Shown here: positions 11,192 to 24,238 of the stretch, piece after piece | Layout: each line of letters starts with the position of its first letter | How positions within the stretch are numbered: position 1 is the stretch's first letter | DNA from: Takakia lepidozioides | Taxonomy: Eukaryota > Plantae > Bryophyta | Direction of reading: 5' to 3' | Assembly: GCA_030704615.1 (NCBI GenBank) | Contig: CM060733.1 | Location: forward strand, 54,126,001-54,190,000 | DNA length: 64,000 nt | The notes under the pieces: model-generated | Seen by the model: the letters and a program-made list of their open reading frames with translations, nothing else | Databases searched by the model: none | Told to the model about the DNA's origin: nothing | Position numbers and translations under genes: made by a program

Positions 11192-14100
11192 TTATGCTAT
11201 GACCAAAGCCTCTTGCGCAATGGTGGACAAGGCAACTATTGCAGCCTTGGTGTCAAGGTCTACAAGCTTGCCAGTCTTCGAGGCAACCACCCTACAATTC
11301 TCTGACCCTGCTGGAACAAACAGTTTTGCTTTTTCTGTTGACGAAAATAACCCCACGCTGCAAACAAGGAGAACAGACGCATAAGCGTTTACTGCACCAG
11401 CTGCTCATTGTAAGGGCATAAGTGCGCATCTAGTCGGATCTATCTCTTGAATCCCATAGACAGCTAGTTACACAAAGTGTATTGTTGCAAAAAACTAGCT
11501 AACCACTCCCTTCTCCCTCCTTTCTTTCCTCTTCTGCCCCCCCCCTCTCTCTCTCTCTCACACCATAAGGCCATGGAAGCACAATCTGCTATCTCTCCCT
11601 CAGCCTCCTATGGACCAAACATTTCTTTCATTTCTTCTCTCACATCTATATGTGTGAGAAGCTGAAACAGGCTCATAACCTCTAAAAATTCAGTTAAAAC
11701 ACTTAAAACACTTAAAACGGTGATACATTGAAGGTGACCGAGTCAGCTTGAAAGGTCTTCAGTAGGCCATCTTTGCCATAGTCCCAGAAACTTGGAAAAT
11801 GCAACGGTGGATCCAGAGAAGGTGTGCCAATTGAATGAGAAAGGGTACCTGGGCTTTTTGAGGGCAAGCGCCAGTTGCAATGCAGCTGTATTCGTGGTCA
11901 CTACGCCCACAGATGCATGGATGAGTGCTGCCAGCTGTTTAGATGACCACCCTTTGGAGTTATATCCTTTGAACAGGTACACTTACAAAATCTCAATTCT
12001 GTAAGCTTAAGTTAAAATGAGAGAGAGAGAATGTACTCATCAGACGTTTTCCGTAGCCTTGTGGCCATTGACCCCACGCCCAGTTTGAGCGGAACACAAA
12101 GGGACAGAAAAGATTGTACTCATAAGACGTTGTTTGCCGTAGCCTTGTGGCCATTGACCCCGCGCCCAGTTTGAGCGGGAACAAAAGGGACAGAACCTAC
12201 CTCTGTCAGGGGCTGACGTTGGTAGTAAGACTTACCTCCATATAAAGAATTAATCCGGGTTTTCCAGATATCCTCTAGAAATCCCTTCACACAAGCATCA
12301 ATCTGCTGTGTGTGATTTGCCCAAACTAGGCCTCAGGAGGGCCTGGGCTTTTGGCTCAGCCTTGAGACTTTCAAAGTTGGTAAACAGGGGTACAGGCACA
12401 ATTCCCTTAATAGATTTGAAGAGAGCGTCTCTTTGGTGAGAGAACCCCGGACAGTGTATCAGAAAATGAATACTGTCTTCAGATTGCCCACACAACGGGC
12501 AATTGCACTCTCCCTTTCCTCTCTGCTTCTGTTTGCTGTTCAAAGGTAGGCTTCCTGCCCTGAGTCTAGTGCCGAGAGTGGGTAGACCCTTGAGGTCATC
12601 CAGAAAAGGGACAGAAAAGAGAGAGAGAGAGAGAGAGAGGCGATCATAAAATGGGATACAGATACTGATTAGACTTTGCTTGCCTTAGCCTTGAGGTGAA
12701 GAACAGAGGGAGAGGAGAATACAGAGAGAGATTGAGGGGAGGGGAGGGGAGGAGAGAGACAGAGACCTGGCCGGGGGTGGTGACAAACACTATGTGGGAG
12801 TCATCCCCACAAGCTTCCGCAACTTTACGCCTGTCCTTCTCATTGGGAATGAGAAATAACACATTTGCCCTGCCCCATCCATGCCACCAACACATCTCAG
12901 AAAGTGATTCTCGCTAGTTGACTCCTGAGAGAGGCCTTATATGCCTTCAGTCATATTCCTGCCTGCCATAATCCCTTCTTCTCTGCATTTTCTTTCATCA
13001 GGCTCTCGTTGATGGTAAGCCAAATAGGGGACCACAACCGGAGTACAGGACCTCACTTCTGCAACCTTAGGCCACAGACCCAACACCCAATCAACAACAG
13101 AAGGATTTAATGGGCATTTCATGAAAGACGGGGGATGTGCGCACTCGTCATTATTGGCCAATGTTGGCTGACATACCATAACAGAATAATCTCCATGGAA
13201 TATGAACTCTCTGGAGCCAGTTGTACCATTTCCACCCACCAGGGTATGGAAACTTGGACCAAAAGAGGCAATTCGGTTACAAATGTTCAAATGTGATGTA
13301 AGGGCTAGTGTTACTTACAACACAAAATGTGTAGAAGTACCAAAACTGCCAGTCAAAGAGCACGAGAACTCCAGACAACTGGAATTCAAAAGTGGTGATG
13401 TGAGCAGCCCCTACCCTCTCAACATCTCCCTCTCTCCACTTTTTGGACATACATACCTAGTGGATTTGGCAAGCACTGCCCACAAGCTAAGGGGAAGGAG
13501 GCTGTCAGTGTCACCCCTTGACTGCATTGATGCAGCTGAGTCACTTTCAATGCCATGGAAGACCACAAAATCTCCCTCTTTCACACCAGCATCCATGAAC
13601 TTGACTTTAACAACTTCCTTCAACTTCTTGGTGATTCCAACTTTCAAAGGAGGCACTTCAGACCGTGGCACATTTGGGCCCCCTGACGCCAAATTTTCTA
13701 TTAGCTCTGCATACCTGCCACATGCAAAAGGGCACGTCTCTCAAATTTGAAAGGAAATGATGTCAGATATTGCATTTGAAAAGCTCCATGAGTAAAGCCC
13801 GCGAAAACTAGTGACATCATCACTTCTAAGATTAAGCTTGCAGTATTCTTGTGGAATGGAGCTTTAAACTAGAAACAACGACAGACTAATATTGCAGAAA
13901 GGTATGTCAAAGACGGTCCAAATAATAGGAAATAGTAGCACACAGAGGCTCACATGTGGTAGCCGCCCTCAGCCAATTCCACGCGTGGTGCCTTGATGAC
14001 GCCCGAGAGGAAGTTGCCAGATCCAACACCATTCACATTGGGGTGAACATAACTGATTTTGTTGCGTGAGTCGCTTAACCATAGAAAGAGGGAGTGCCCC

Positions 14101-17100
14101 AAGCCTGCCAACTTTGTTGACACTACCATGTCATAGTACTCACCCTGTGACATCCACACAAATAATATTCTATCAAAATAAAACCCAAACAAAGGCTTCA
14201 AGTTCGAAAGGACTTCTGCAGCCAGACAGAGAGCAGGAGAGGGAAATAAAAATATAATTACCTTCCAAAGGAGGCCAATGGAACACAGGACGACCAAAAG
14301 AGCATGTCGAACGTTGAGCTGAGAAGGAGTGCTTCACGCCCAGTTATATTCACACTAAAACAACAGAATGGTAGTCTTTCAATTGGGACATCCCCAGTTT
14401 CAAGGGAGCTATTGCCATCCAGCTCTATCAAGCCAACCAACTGGGTGTATCAGATGGATTAGTACATACATGATAAGACATCACTCCTGCGAGCAGTCTT
14501 TCCAAGGCTCATGCTATCCACAGGTGAACTATCTCTCCCACTGAGTTGTTCTTTGGTGTCTATGGTTCTCATCTCTGCCTTTGCTCAAACAGAGTGACAG
14601 GAAGTGTAACATCCTTATCATATGGGTTTGTTCAGCAGTGCTAAAATCAACGTTGAAAATTCTTTCAAGCTCAGTTCTCATATGTTGCTGAATCCAAGAG
14701 GATGGAGACCGAGAGGGAATACGGCATCAAGGGTCAGTCATTATCAGCATCACCCAAAATGTCACTCGTGCAAACTAGGCTCCAAAAACTACTGCTGCCT
14801 GTGGGTCCATTGTAGTACCACCACTTGTAAATGTTCTCATTTTGGACAGAATGATATGGCAGGTGCGATAAATTTTCTTCTCTGAAGTTCATAATTTGAC
14901 TTGCTGGGGACAAATACTCTTGCTCAAGCTCCCTGGTCTCCAAAGGAAGTGTCAATTAGCACTATTGCTCCTTGGTCTTAAGTGGAAGTTTGACCCACTG
15001 GAGACTAAAGAGCAAGAGCAAGTGCTAGCTGCCACTTCTATCCAGGGAGCTTGAGCAAGAGCAAGGAGCTCCTTCCTAGGGAGCTCCTATTTGTCCCCAG
15101 CAAGCCTGTTTCCTGGTAGTAACTTCAGAGAGGAGAGAGTTAGCTTGTGCAATCCCAGCGATCCCACGCACAGGTTGATCGTGAAAGACAAGGTTGTGAG
15201 TGCACTGGTGTGTGCCTTCTGGCTCAAGAAAGAGCAGGGAGTCTGGCATCTTCTCGGTGAAGTTGTCTATTTGAGACAGAAACACTGCTTCAATATTAAT
15301 TCCTAGTGTCTCAGTCACTGGGCAACGCAGCTGCGACACCCCACCATGAGGTAAGACTGTTGTTCTTATGCCTGTGTTTACTCGTGCTATGATAGAGAAA
15401 GAGGTTGACAGGATGAAAATGCTCGAAGCCCTGAAGAACAAGCTAAGGTGGAAAGAGATGAAACCAAGATAATTTGGAACTCAGAGATGTACGTGATCAC
15501 CCATGTCATTCTGAACATGCATGTTCTCAGTAGTTCTCTGCTTGGCTGATTTTTTAGTTGATCTCAGCTCAAAAGATACAATGATCATCCCATAATATCC
15601 TGGTGACAATTGGACGTGAAAACTGCAGAGATTATTGTGTGGCTTACAGTTTCTCTACTGCTTCTTTACACACCTATTATAGCTCAGTTAAAGTAGAACT
15701 TGTGGGTGTGAATTCTGAGCAAATTGCATCCTAGATAATGCTGAAAGCTATGGTTGTAGTTCGATGCAACATAGAGACTTCGCTTTTGAAAATCTGAAAG
15801 GCCAGAAACAACTTTAGTTCAAAAGGGAAACTCCATCAAAGGCCTTAGCCCATCTGGTTTCCTCCTTCCTCTGCCCCCTCCTACACTTCATTTTCTGCTC
15901 TGTCCACATGGGGGCTGGGTTTATGCTTCAACAAGCAAGGTCATCTCTTCTCTCTCTCACACAATCTACTATACTAATTTGACTTCAAACCTTGTTGCGG
16001 GTGGAAATACAAAAGTACCTTTATCTTGCCAGCAGTCTCCGCAAACACTACTGGTGACAGAAATTGGGCGTCCAGATCCAACACCCATGCTCTCCGCACA
16101 TTCTTGTTCATTTCATAAGTCTGCGGCAACCAACTTTATATGACTGCCAGGATTTGATATTAACCCCAGTTAGGAGCCTTTATAGGTGTTCGTTCTAGAA
16201 GATGCCTTCCTGTAACATTCAACCCATCAACTTGAATCCCTCATTACTTGCGAAAAGATGGCCGCAGGTGGTCCATCATTAGCAAACATAGTACTTCTAA
16301 AGTTGGGCTTAACGCTTCGAGAAATGGTAATGGAATGTAAAATATGAATTGGCCTCCCTTTCTCTCTTTGAATCTGGCTGGTGGCTCCAGTTTCCCTTCT
16401 CTTAGGGAATCAAAGAAGAAACAAAGTTATTCATCACGCCTTTTACTAAGCAAATCTGGCCACTGCCAAGAAACATACACATTCCAAATGAACAAGTAGA
16501 ACGTGTTCAAAGGCAAGAACCTTAGATTTCAAGTCCCTGAATCTTCTATGACAATCAGAATTGAAGGGGAAAAACCTGCTTGCCCCTCTCGGTCGCATAT
16601 ACATCAATTTTCACTCCTGGATACCGATCCTTCAACAGCTCCAAAACTGGGAAAAACAGGAGATTTTCATATACACCGCCCGCGACAATGCAGCAGCACC
16701 GGCGGACATCGTTTCTGATCATTGGGCCCAGAGAAGCAATCTCAACATTGTAACCTGCAGGAAATTTCAAATATCCATGTTTGCTGTTCGGATCCGAGGG
16801 AGGCCTTGGCTCTTCGGCGCTCTGCTTGCCCTCTGACATTAGGTCTCCATATTCCATACTCTCATCAGGGCCATAATCGAAAGGGTCATCCAGCCAGTTC
16901 TTCGCGCGCGCACTGCCGGCGGGTAGGCCTCCTGCCTTCCGCGGCCGACTACACGATAATCTTCGTAATGTCGTCTTTCTGGCTCGTGTTCTGAGACTTA
17001 TTCTCGAAGTGCCGGTTTTGAAGGGAAATTCCTGCAATCTACTCACAGTTCCATGACAGACTTCTGCAATTTGGGCCAGATATGGCTCCCTTGAAGTACC

Positions 17101-17250
17101 CAACTTGCAACAACCACTTCGCTCCTGCATTCTTCGGGACCACGCGTGCCATTGGGGACCAGAGATAGCGAAACTCTTTTTGGCAGCAGAAAGTGAACAG
17201 ATGCAGTGCCCGGGTCTCGCAAGCCCCCTCACAGAGACTTGGGCAGCCAT
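11192..17250 (-). CDS. PNSB1: Photosynthetic NDH subunit of subcomplex B1 (NDF1), ~526 aa; exons 17250-16576, 16120-16019, 14144-13954, 13714-13457, 12869-12767, 11934-11849, 11357-11192
   Basis: DVRRCCCIVAGGVYENLLFFP, YYDMVVSTKLAGLGH, HGIESDSAASMQSRGD, TTPGQLAALI, SKTGKL; all introns are GT-AG with compatible phases; transit-peptide-like N-terminus. Confidence 0.93.
12032..12565 (-). mobile_element. 3' fragment of a non-LTR retrotransposon (RTEX/LINE-like) with a tandemly duplicated 3' end, in PNSB1 intron 5
   Basis: CPLCGQSEDSIHFLIHCP zinc finger typical of LINE ORF2 C-termini; ~84-bp 3' end present twice; (TC)n flanks; homologous to 19529-19636 and 22063-22545. Confidence 0.75.
14879..15131. 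repeat. Long imperfect fold-back (hairpin) in PNSB1 intron 2
   Basis: Perfect arms 14917-14936/15042-15061 (20 bp), 14900-14916/15088-15104 (17 bp) and ~14879-14890/15121-15131; inner arms pair towards a loop near 14990. Confidence 0.85.
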
Positions 17251-17992
17251 AGCCGCGGCAGAATCACACCAGGATTTGCATGAGACTCACTGATCAGCTC
17301 CTCAAATCTTCCATCATACACCGCCTCACGAACAACCCATCATTCACAGCTCGCTTCCAGAGCCTCAAAGCTCAAAGCTCTTCAGAAATTCAAATACAAA
17401 CTGGAATCCTGCGTTCCTTTCAGAGCAGCGCTAGCGAGGAGACGATGGCAACCTGCTGTCAGCAGGTGGTTCGACCAAGACACGGCCTATGTCCGGTTTC
17501 CTTACCGACGGAGATGCCAAATATACCGGCTGATCCGGTGACGGCCCCTTATCCACTATGTTAGGTTTGGGGCTACAATTTAGTGGGGCCACCTGACACA
17601 TGTCCACATATTACTGGTAATATACTTACATATAGCGAAAAGGATATTAGAGATTTTCCACATCATCGATCGAAGTGGATGTTGAATGCACGCAGTCATT
17701 CATCTATCTGCTGGCGTGTGCTGTCGATCTCTCATCCATCTCTGCGTATTCTGTCCATTGCACAAGAGTCGTCGGCATGGAACGATTCGATACATTCATC
17801 TAGATAGTCGTCTCTCTCGGGGGAGCGTTGCTCCGGCAAGTGCGGGAAATGTGTGTGTATATTGCGTGTGATCTAAGGCACGGAAGCAAAGAAAGACAGA
17901 AGAGTTTCTTGGAGGAAGCAAGGAGGAGAGATCGGTAGCTACTGAAGTAAATCGGGAGAAGAACTTGAATTGAACTGAGTGTAGGGGAAACG
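17251..17992. promoter_or_regulatory. Putative bidirectional promoter and 5' UTRs of PNSB1 and CAP1
   Basis: Divergent ATGs 742 bp apart with no recognisable TE between them. Confidence 0.55.
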
Positions 17993-20900
17993 ATGTTAGG
18001 AAGATCGGGCCTGCTTGCTCGTCTGGAGGCAGCGGTGGATCGGCTGGAGAAACTTGGAGCGGATGGCGGGATCCCGATCGAAAACCTGGATGGAGGGAAA
18101 AACGTTTCCTCCTCTGTGGCTTCTTTTGATGAGCTGTTGCATTCCAGGATGAGCCGATTTCTAGCAGCAGCAGACAAGATCGGAGGACAGGTCCTACAGA
18201 CGTCGCAGATGCTGCAGCGTGGGTTCGAAGCCGAGAAAGGCATTGTTCTTGCGATTTCGCAGTGCCAAGTAACCACTGGATTTCTTCTTGCGTCTCCCTC
18301 TTTTTTCTTTGCTGCGTCCTGTTTTGGCATTGAGCTTGGGCCTATGCTTACGCGGATGAACTGTTCCACGAGTATCTGTCACACAGCGATCTGCCATCCT
18401 CTTGATATTAAAACAGTGAAGGCACAAGTGCTTTGATTGGTCACTGTGTGGCAGCGGGAAGGATGTGTTCCCAGATAACGACACTTTGTGGTGGATCGTA
18501 ATCACTGTATGGTTATTCCCAAGACCCTGCTGCCGGAATTGCAGCTCAGTGGTCGGGATTACACTGTTTATACAAGCAGAACAATGAGCGTTCGGTCAAT
18601 TTGATGGACACTGTAATTTTCAGCTTCAACTCCATGAAGATCAAGATATGGTGTATTTATGATCGTTCCCTGTTAATTTTGAGCACGAGACACTCTTGAA
18701 TTCATAGTTATGGGATGCTAACCCTACCTCAGCGGTTCTTGTCAATTCCATCCATCGTAACTCAGCCTACTTCTACTGTAGTCCCAGCCTAATTTGCATG
18801 TGACAAATATGCTATGTTTACACTGCTAGTGACATAGTGGTGTGAAAAGGGCATGATTTCACAGTTTCAAGATGTAGAGGGAGGGATGAGCCTTTCCGTC
18901 ATCATACTTAATAAAATGTAATCATAATATACCGCCACGCAGCATGTAGTCACACTCACGACACAAAACTTTGAAGGAGACACATTGAATGTGTCTGTCA
19001 TGGATATAACGTAACTCTGGGTAAATGTTGGATGGGGACAGCAGCAGCCTGATAGGACAAGCTTGCTAAATCTGGTACAGCCATTGGGCGATGCCATCGC
19101 TAAGGCAGATGCATTGACAGGAGGGCGGAAGACAGAGTTCTTTAATCACCTGAAAGCAGTGGCCGAAAGTATGTCAGCGCTCTATTGGGTGGTTTACACT
19201 GGAAAAGACTGTGGTATAACCTTCTTCTCACCACAATGTTCCCAGGGGCACAAATCTTGTGAAATTTTATCATACTTCTAGCCTGGCTAGCTGTGCATTG
19301 CCGCTGTTATTTTGCCCTTGGTCACGGTCGGCAAGTTTATTGCAACAGCTCTTAACCTCCAAGACTTCATCTGGATGATGCGTTCTAATGGTGTGACCAC
19401 TACTTTTGGCATTTCAGGGACAAGTCTGCCAGTACCCCATGTTGAGGAGATCTGGGAGACAGCAGAATTTTACAGCAATAAGGTAAGCCTATCTCTGTCC
19501 TGCTTGGCAAGCACAGGTGACATTAGATTGTACTCATAAGACGTTGTTTGCCGTAGCCTTGTGGCCATTGACCCCGCACCCAGTTTGAGCGGGAACAAAA
19601 GGGACAGAACCTACCTCTGTCAGGGGCTGACGTTGGAAACGATTAAGATGCAACAAGGCAGTGATATCCTTCCTTGATGGCCACTATAGAAGGCTTGGAA
19701 TCAAGATGCCATTTTTCAGCTCTTGGATGGAATTGTTTGGTTTCTTTGATGCCATTCTGCAACTTCATAGTTAGATGTTCGATAAACCTGCAATTAAAAT
19801 TCAAACTTGTGTTTGCTCTCTAATGGAATAAACAACCAACATGGTTACTCCTGTTGCACTGGTTTTCTAAATAGTGGTAATGCTGTTGCTTCAAGAATTT
19901 GAAAACCAAGCAATGTAGCAAATATAATTGTCCAAGTGAAGACTGGAATTTTGGGCTGATTTAATGTTACAGGTGATCATGGAGTACAAGAACAAGGATG
20001 AGAATCATGGGATTTGGGCAAAAGCGTTGAAAGAGCTCTATGTGCCAGGCTTGCGGGACTACGTAAAACGCTTCCATGCTACTGGCCCCACGTGGAACCC
20101 TAAAGGTATTACTGTGTCACGGTTTAGTTCTGGTGGAAAGCCAAACCCTCCTCCACCTCCACCCAAAGCCCCCCCACTTCCTCCTGCTCCCCTGGGTCCA
20201 CCATCTCTGCCACCATCTGCACCAAGTTCATCTAGTGCTGGAGCACCACTGAGTATGAGTGCCATCTTCACTGAGATCAACAAGGGAGAAGCTGTAACGA
20301 CAGGTATTGTATCTCAAGATATAGGCATTTCTTTTATGACTTTGCTCTGTTGGAAGCATGTGGCAGAGCCTCTAATTGGCACCTTCAGTTTGGTAGCTTT
20401 TCAAGTCTAGATTTGTAACAGGGAGCTCAATGTGGCCAATTGTTCGAAGCTTGCAAAGCTGTTTCATGGTTGTACCTCATGAGTGCTAGTGTTCTACTGG
20501 TTGTGAGGATCCCTGCCTATCTCATAGTAGATTGATTCGCCCAACAGCTATTGATGGCACACCTGGTAGACAGACTTGTTGTATTGAAGTCGGTAGTGCT
20601 AGTGGTTGTGCAGGGCTGAAAAAGGTGACAGATGACATGAAGACTAAGAACCGCACAGACAGGTCTGGAGCTGTTCCAGCAAGCCAGACGCCACAAAAGG
20701 AGGTGGCTGGGTGCTCAGTAGCAGCCTCTTCCAAGATTGGCACACCCAAGTTTGAGCTGCAGCTAGATCGCAAGTGAGCCTTCGTTATATGTTGTCATTT
20801 GCCAGCTTTTCCCACTGAACACTACAATTGCAGTGCATCAGAGCATGGTTCTCAGTAAGCATTATACTGTGGTTCGCCATCCTGTGAATGTGAGTTGATT

Positions 20901-23900
20901 ATGTTCTAATTATATTGCCATCCCTTACAGGGTCTGGCTATATGATTTGTGGTGTTCCTGATGAGAGGTGTTATCCATATCTTTACGGACAGCAGACTTA
21001 ACATAGAGCTTGTTTCTTTCTTTCTGTCTTGTTTTTTGAGTTATTGCATGTGCATATCGCATCCTGGTTGGTTGGTCAACTGGCTCTGTAGCACCACATG
21101 CTTCCACTAGCGTGAGCATCATTTCACAGAAGGAAAATACTCTATGTCGAAGAGCCCTTCGGAGGAGTGAAGGTGCATGCAAAGGCAAAGACTTCAATGT
21201 CATGGACAGTTTGCCAATGCACTCCCAAAAGTTTATCTTGAGGATGAACAGTATAGTGACTTGAATTCTGCACCTTGCAAGCCATGTTGTTTGGCTTACT
21301 GACAGAAAGGCATGCTTTGATGTATAGATGGGTAGTGGAGCATCAAATGGGCAACAACAGTCTTGTCATTGACAATTGTAATTCACGACAATCCGTATAT
21401 ATCTTCAACTGCAAGAATTCTGTGGTCCAGGTCAAAGGTAAACCTACCATTTCCCCTCATTCCATTCATTGTATATTGAAAGCTACTTGTATAAGGTCTG
21501 TCGGTGCCAGTGAAGATCAATTGACATCCTCACCAGTTTTTCTTGGGAAAGCAATCCACTGGGACACTTCCAGTTAAGAATGTGAGCAAAGTACCCTGGT
21601 GACAGCACTTTGACTTCAAGCAACATCTGGAGTCTTTTGATGTAGCTTTCTCCTGTCTTTGTCCCATGGGTCTTTGCAGGCTTCCCATGGATGCCATAAA
21701 TATGTTTCTTCTTTCTTTATCCCCATGGGACGCAGTAGAACAACTCAGTGGAACCAGCACAGTCTCCATGCCTGATGCTGTGCCTGCCGAGAATTTCAAG
21801 AAGGCCTTTGATTCTTCTCCCTTCGCTTACCTTGTAGCTCAGCTACCAAAGACACATGCTATACAGTAGCTTGTCACTCTATCAAAGCATTCTATGAGAA
21901 TGCCATAGGCAGGGTGACGTCACTATCTGGGGAGGTCCATTGATTTCAGCGTTTGTACTGTGTTTTTGAAACAGTTCCACTCTCATGTTTGTCTTTGTCC
22001 CATGGGCATGGGCCCTCAGTAGACGTCACAAAGTTTATTTCTCTCTGTCACTCTCTGTACTACTGGATGATGCTAGAGTGAAGAAAGAAATTTAAACTCA
22101 GGGCAGGAAGCCTACATTTGAACAGCAAACAGAAGCAGAGAGGAAAGGGAGAGTGCAATTGCCCCTTGTGTGGGCAACCTGAAGACAACATTCATTTTCT
22201 GATTCACTGTCCGGGGTTCTCTCACCAAAGACATGCTCTCCTTAAATCTATCAAGGGAATTGTGCCTGTACCTCTGTTTACTATCTCTGAATGTCTCGAG
22301 GCTGAGCCAAAAGCCCAGGCCCTTCTGAGGCCTAGTTTTTGGGCAAATCACACAGCAGATTGATGCTTGTGTGAAGGGATTTCTAGAGGATATCTGGAAA
22401 ACCCGGATCAATTTTTTGTATCAAGGTAAGTCTTACTACCAATGTCAGCCCCTGACAGAGGTAGGTTCTGTCCCTTTGTGTACTGCTCAAACTTTGCGCG
22501 TGTCAATGGCCACAAGGCTACGGCAAACAACGTCTTATGAGTACATTCTTTTCTTTTCTTTCCCTGCTGCACTTGAAAATGGCTAATTTTGCGTTTGCGG
22601 TTGTTTTTTGGAGACAGGAAAAGTGAACAACATTACAGTGGACAAGTGCACGAAAACAGGACTTGTGTTCACTGTATGTCCCGTTTGTTTTAACTCTGTT
22701 GCCATTGATGGTGTGATGACAGCTTTTGTTGTGGGTTTATGGGCACAATTCTAAGGTAGAAGCATTTGGTGATTGTTCCCTATCCGGTAATGGTCTCCAA
22801 GGTGCTGACTATGGCTTCTGGTTGATGAGTCTGAGGTTCTCAACTAAGAAATGTGAATCTTCATTGTTTCATTGGTGTTTTTGTATGTTATGTGCTTGAG
22901 GCTTTTTCTTTCCAATATTTCCAAAGGTTGATCTGACTAACCTAAGGTTGAAAGAGGGATGGTTGTTAGGAGTTACAGCTTTGCACCTTGCAGATGCATG
23001 TTTAAGTGGTAGTTACTGCAAGTATGGTGGGATAATTTTGTAGTGTCTGGAGTTTCAATGTACTTGTAAAGTGAAATCTCTAGGGATGTTGGGAATTGCA
23101 GGATGTGGTAGCAGCCTGTGAGATTGTGAACTGCACTAGTGTGGAGGTGCAGTGCCAGGTAATTGCAAGGTTCTCATTTTACCTCATTTTCTCTCTCCAT
23201 CGCTTCGGGCTAAGATACGCCACTTGAACATGAGAGCGACCGTTCAACAGAGTACTATTCACTTCTGTACAATTGTATGGGCTACCAGCTGAGTGGACTT
23301 TTGAAGTTAGTTGCACGCCTGATAATCAAACTTGTGGGATGTTTAAATATGATGCAGGGCACAGCACCAACAATAGCAGTGGATAACACAAATGGTTGCC
23401 AGCTTTATCTGGGAAAGAACTCTTTGAATGCGTCCATTACTACTGCCAAGTCAAGTGAGATCAATGTTCTCGTTCCTGGTGCTACGGAGGCTGCAGACCC
23501 TGTGCGTATCACTTTCCGTCCATTTACTTTCCGCGAGTTTGATATCATTAGTGAAGGATGGGCATTTCTTTTATGAGTGAAGAACATTCTCGACTGAAGT
23601 TGTACCTGTTGATATAGACTACATATGGCCACCACCTATTACGATCCTGCAGAGTGACATCTTCCAGAGTGACACCTTCAGTACTAATAGACAATAACAT
23701 AATATTCAACTAGACACAAAACTCTGTTCAACTGTATCTGTTGGGATGCCAAGACCCAACCACCCACCAAGCCAGTTCAGAGATCCTCTAACCTTTCCTC
23801 ATTTTGGTTTCCTTCTAGGAATGAGAACAACCTTTCCATCTTCCTCTTCTTCTGAGCAATTCAATTTTAGTCTTCTGGCAACCATCCATCCCCTATTTAC

Positions 23901-24238
23901 ATCGTCAAGTAAGATGACTATATGCTATCTTCGCAGCTGTGATGTCTCCTCAAACTCCAATCGTCTGTGCTTTGTGCCAGGTGCACTGGAACAAGGGGTT
24001 TGGTACCACTGCTTAACAGGGCGTTGTTGGCTATATTTGTAGTGCAGCCCTACCAAACTTACATTAATCAGCTTCTTTATGAAAACCTGGGGTTTCCTAA
24101 GCATATCAGGGAATCATCACCTTTTTTCTCAAAGGGTGTGGTTGTGTGCAGGTGGAACATGCATTACCAGAGCAGTTTGTCCACTCGTTCCAGGACGGTC
24201 AGTTTGTCACCACCGCAGTCACGCATTCAGGGGGGTAA
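17993..24238 (+). CDS. CAP1: Adenylyl cyclase-associated protein (CAP/Srv2, actin regulator); exons 17993-18268, ~19045-19213, 19418-19482, 19973-20303, 20614-20773, 21328-21437, 22618-22673, 23102-23158, 23358-23501, 24152-24238
   Basis: RLEAAVDRLE motif, FNHLKAVAES, AEFYSNK, polyproline, WH2 (INKGEAVTTGLKKVTDDMKTKNR), C-CAP (TAKSSEINV, EHALPEQF..HSGG*); GT-AG introns. Confidence 0.95.
19529..19636 (-). mobile_element. Short 3'-end fragment of the RTEX/LINE-like family in CAP1 intron 3
   Basis: Nearly identical to 12115-12222. Confidence 0.8.
22063..22545 (+). mobile_element. 3' fragment of the RTEX/LINE-like family in CAP1 intron 6
   Basis: KFKLRAGSLHLNSKQ..CPLCGQPEDNIHFLIHCP; same 3' end GTCAATGGCCACAAGGCTACGG..GAGTACA followed by a TC-rich tract. 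Confidence 0.78.

Noticed and set aside
12032-12060. Hammerhead ribozyme (CTGATGAG on the minus strand)
   Set aside because: No stem II + GAAA follows, and the other copies read CTTATGAG
13202-13750. 182-aa plus-strand ORF and similar antisense ORFs over PNSB1, CAP1, the glycosyltransferase and pol
   Set aside because: Shadow frames of real exons with no independent motifs
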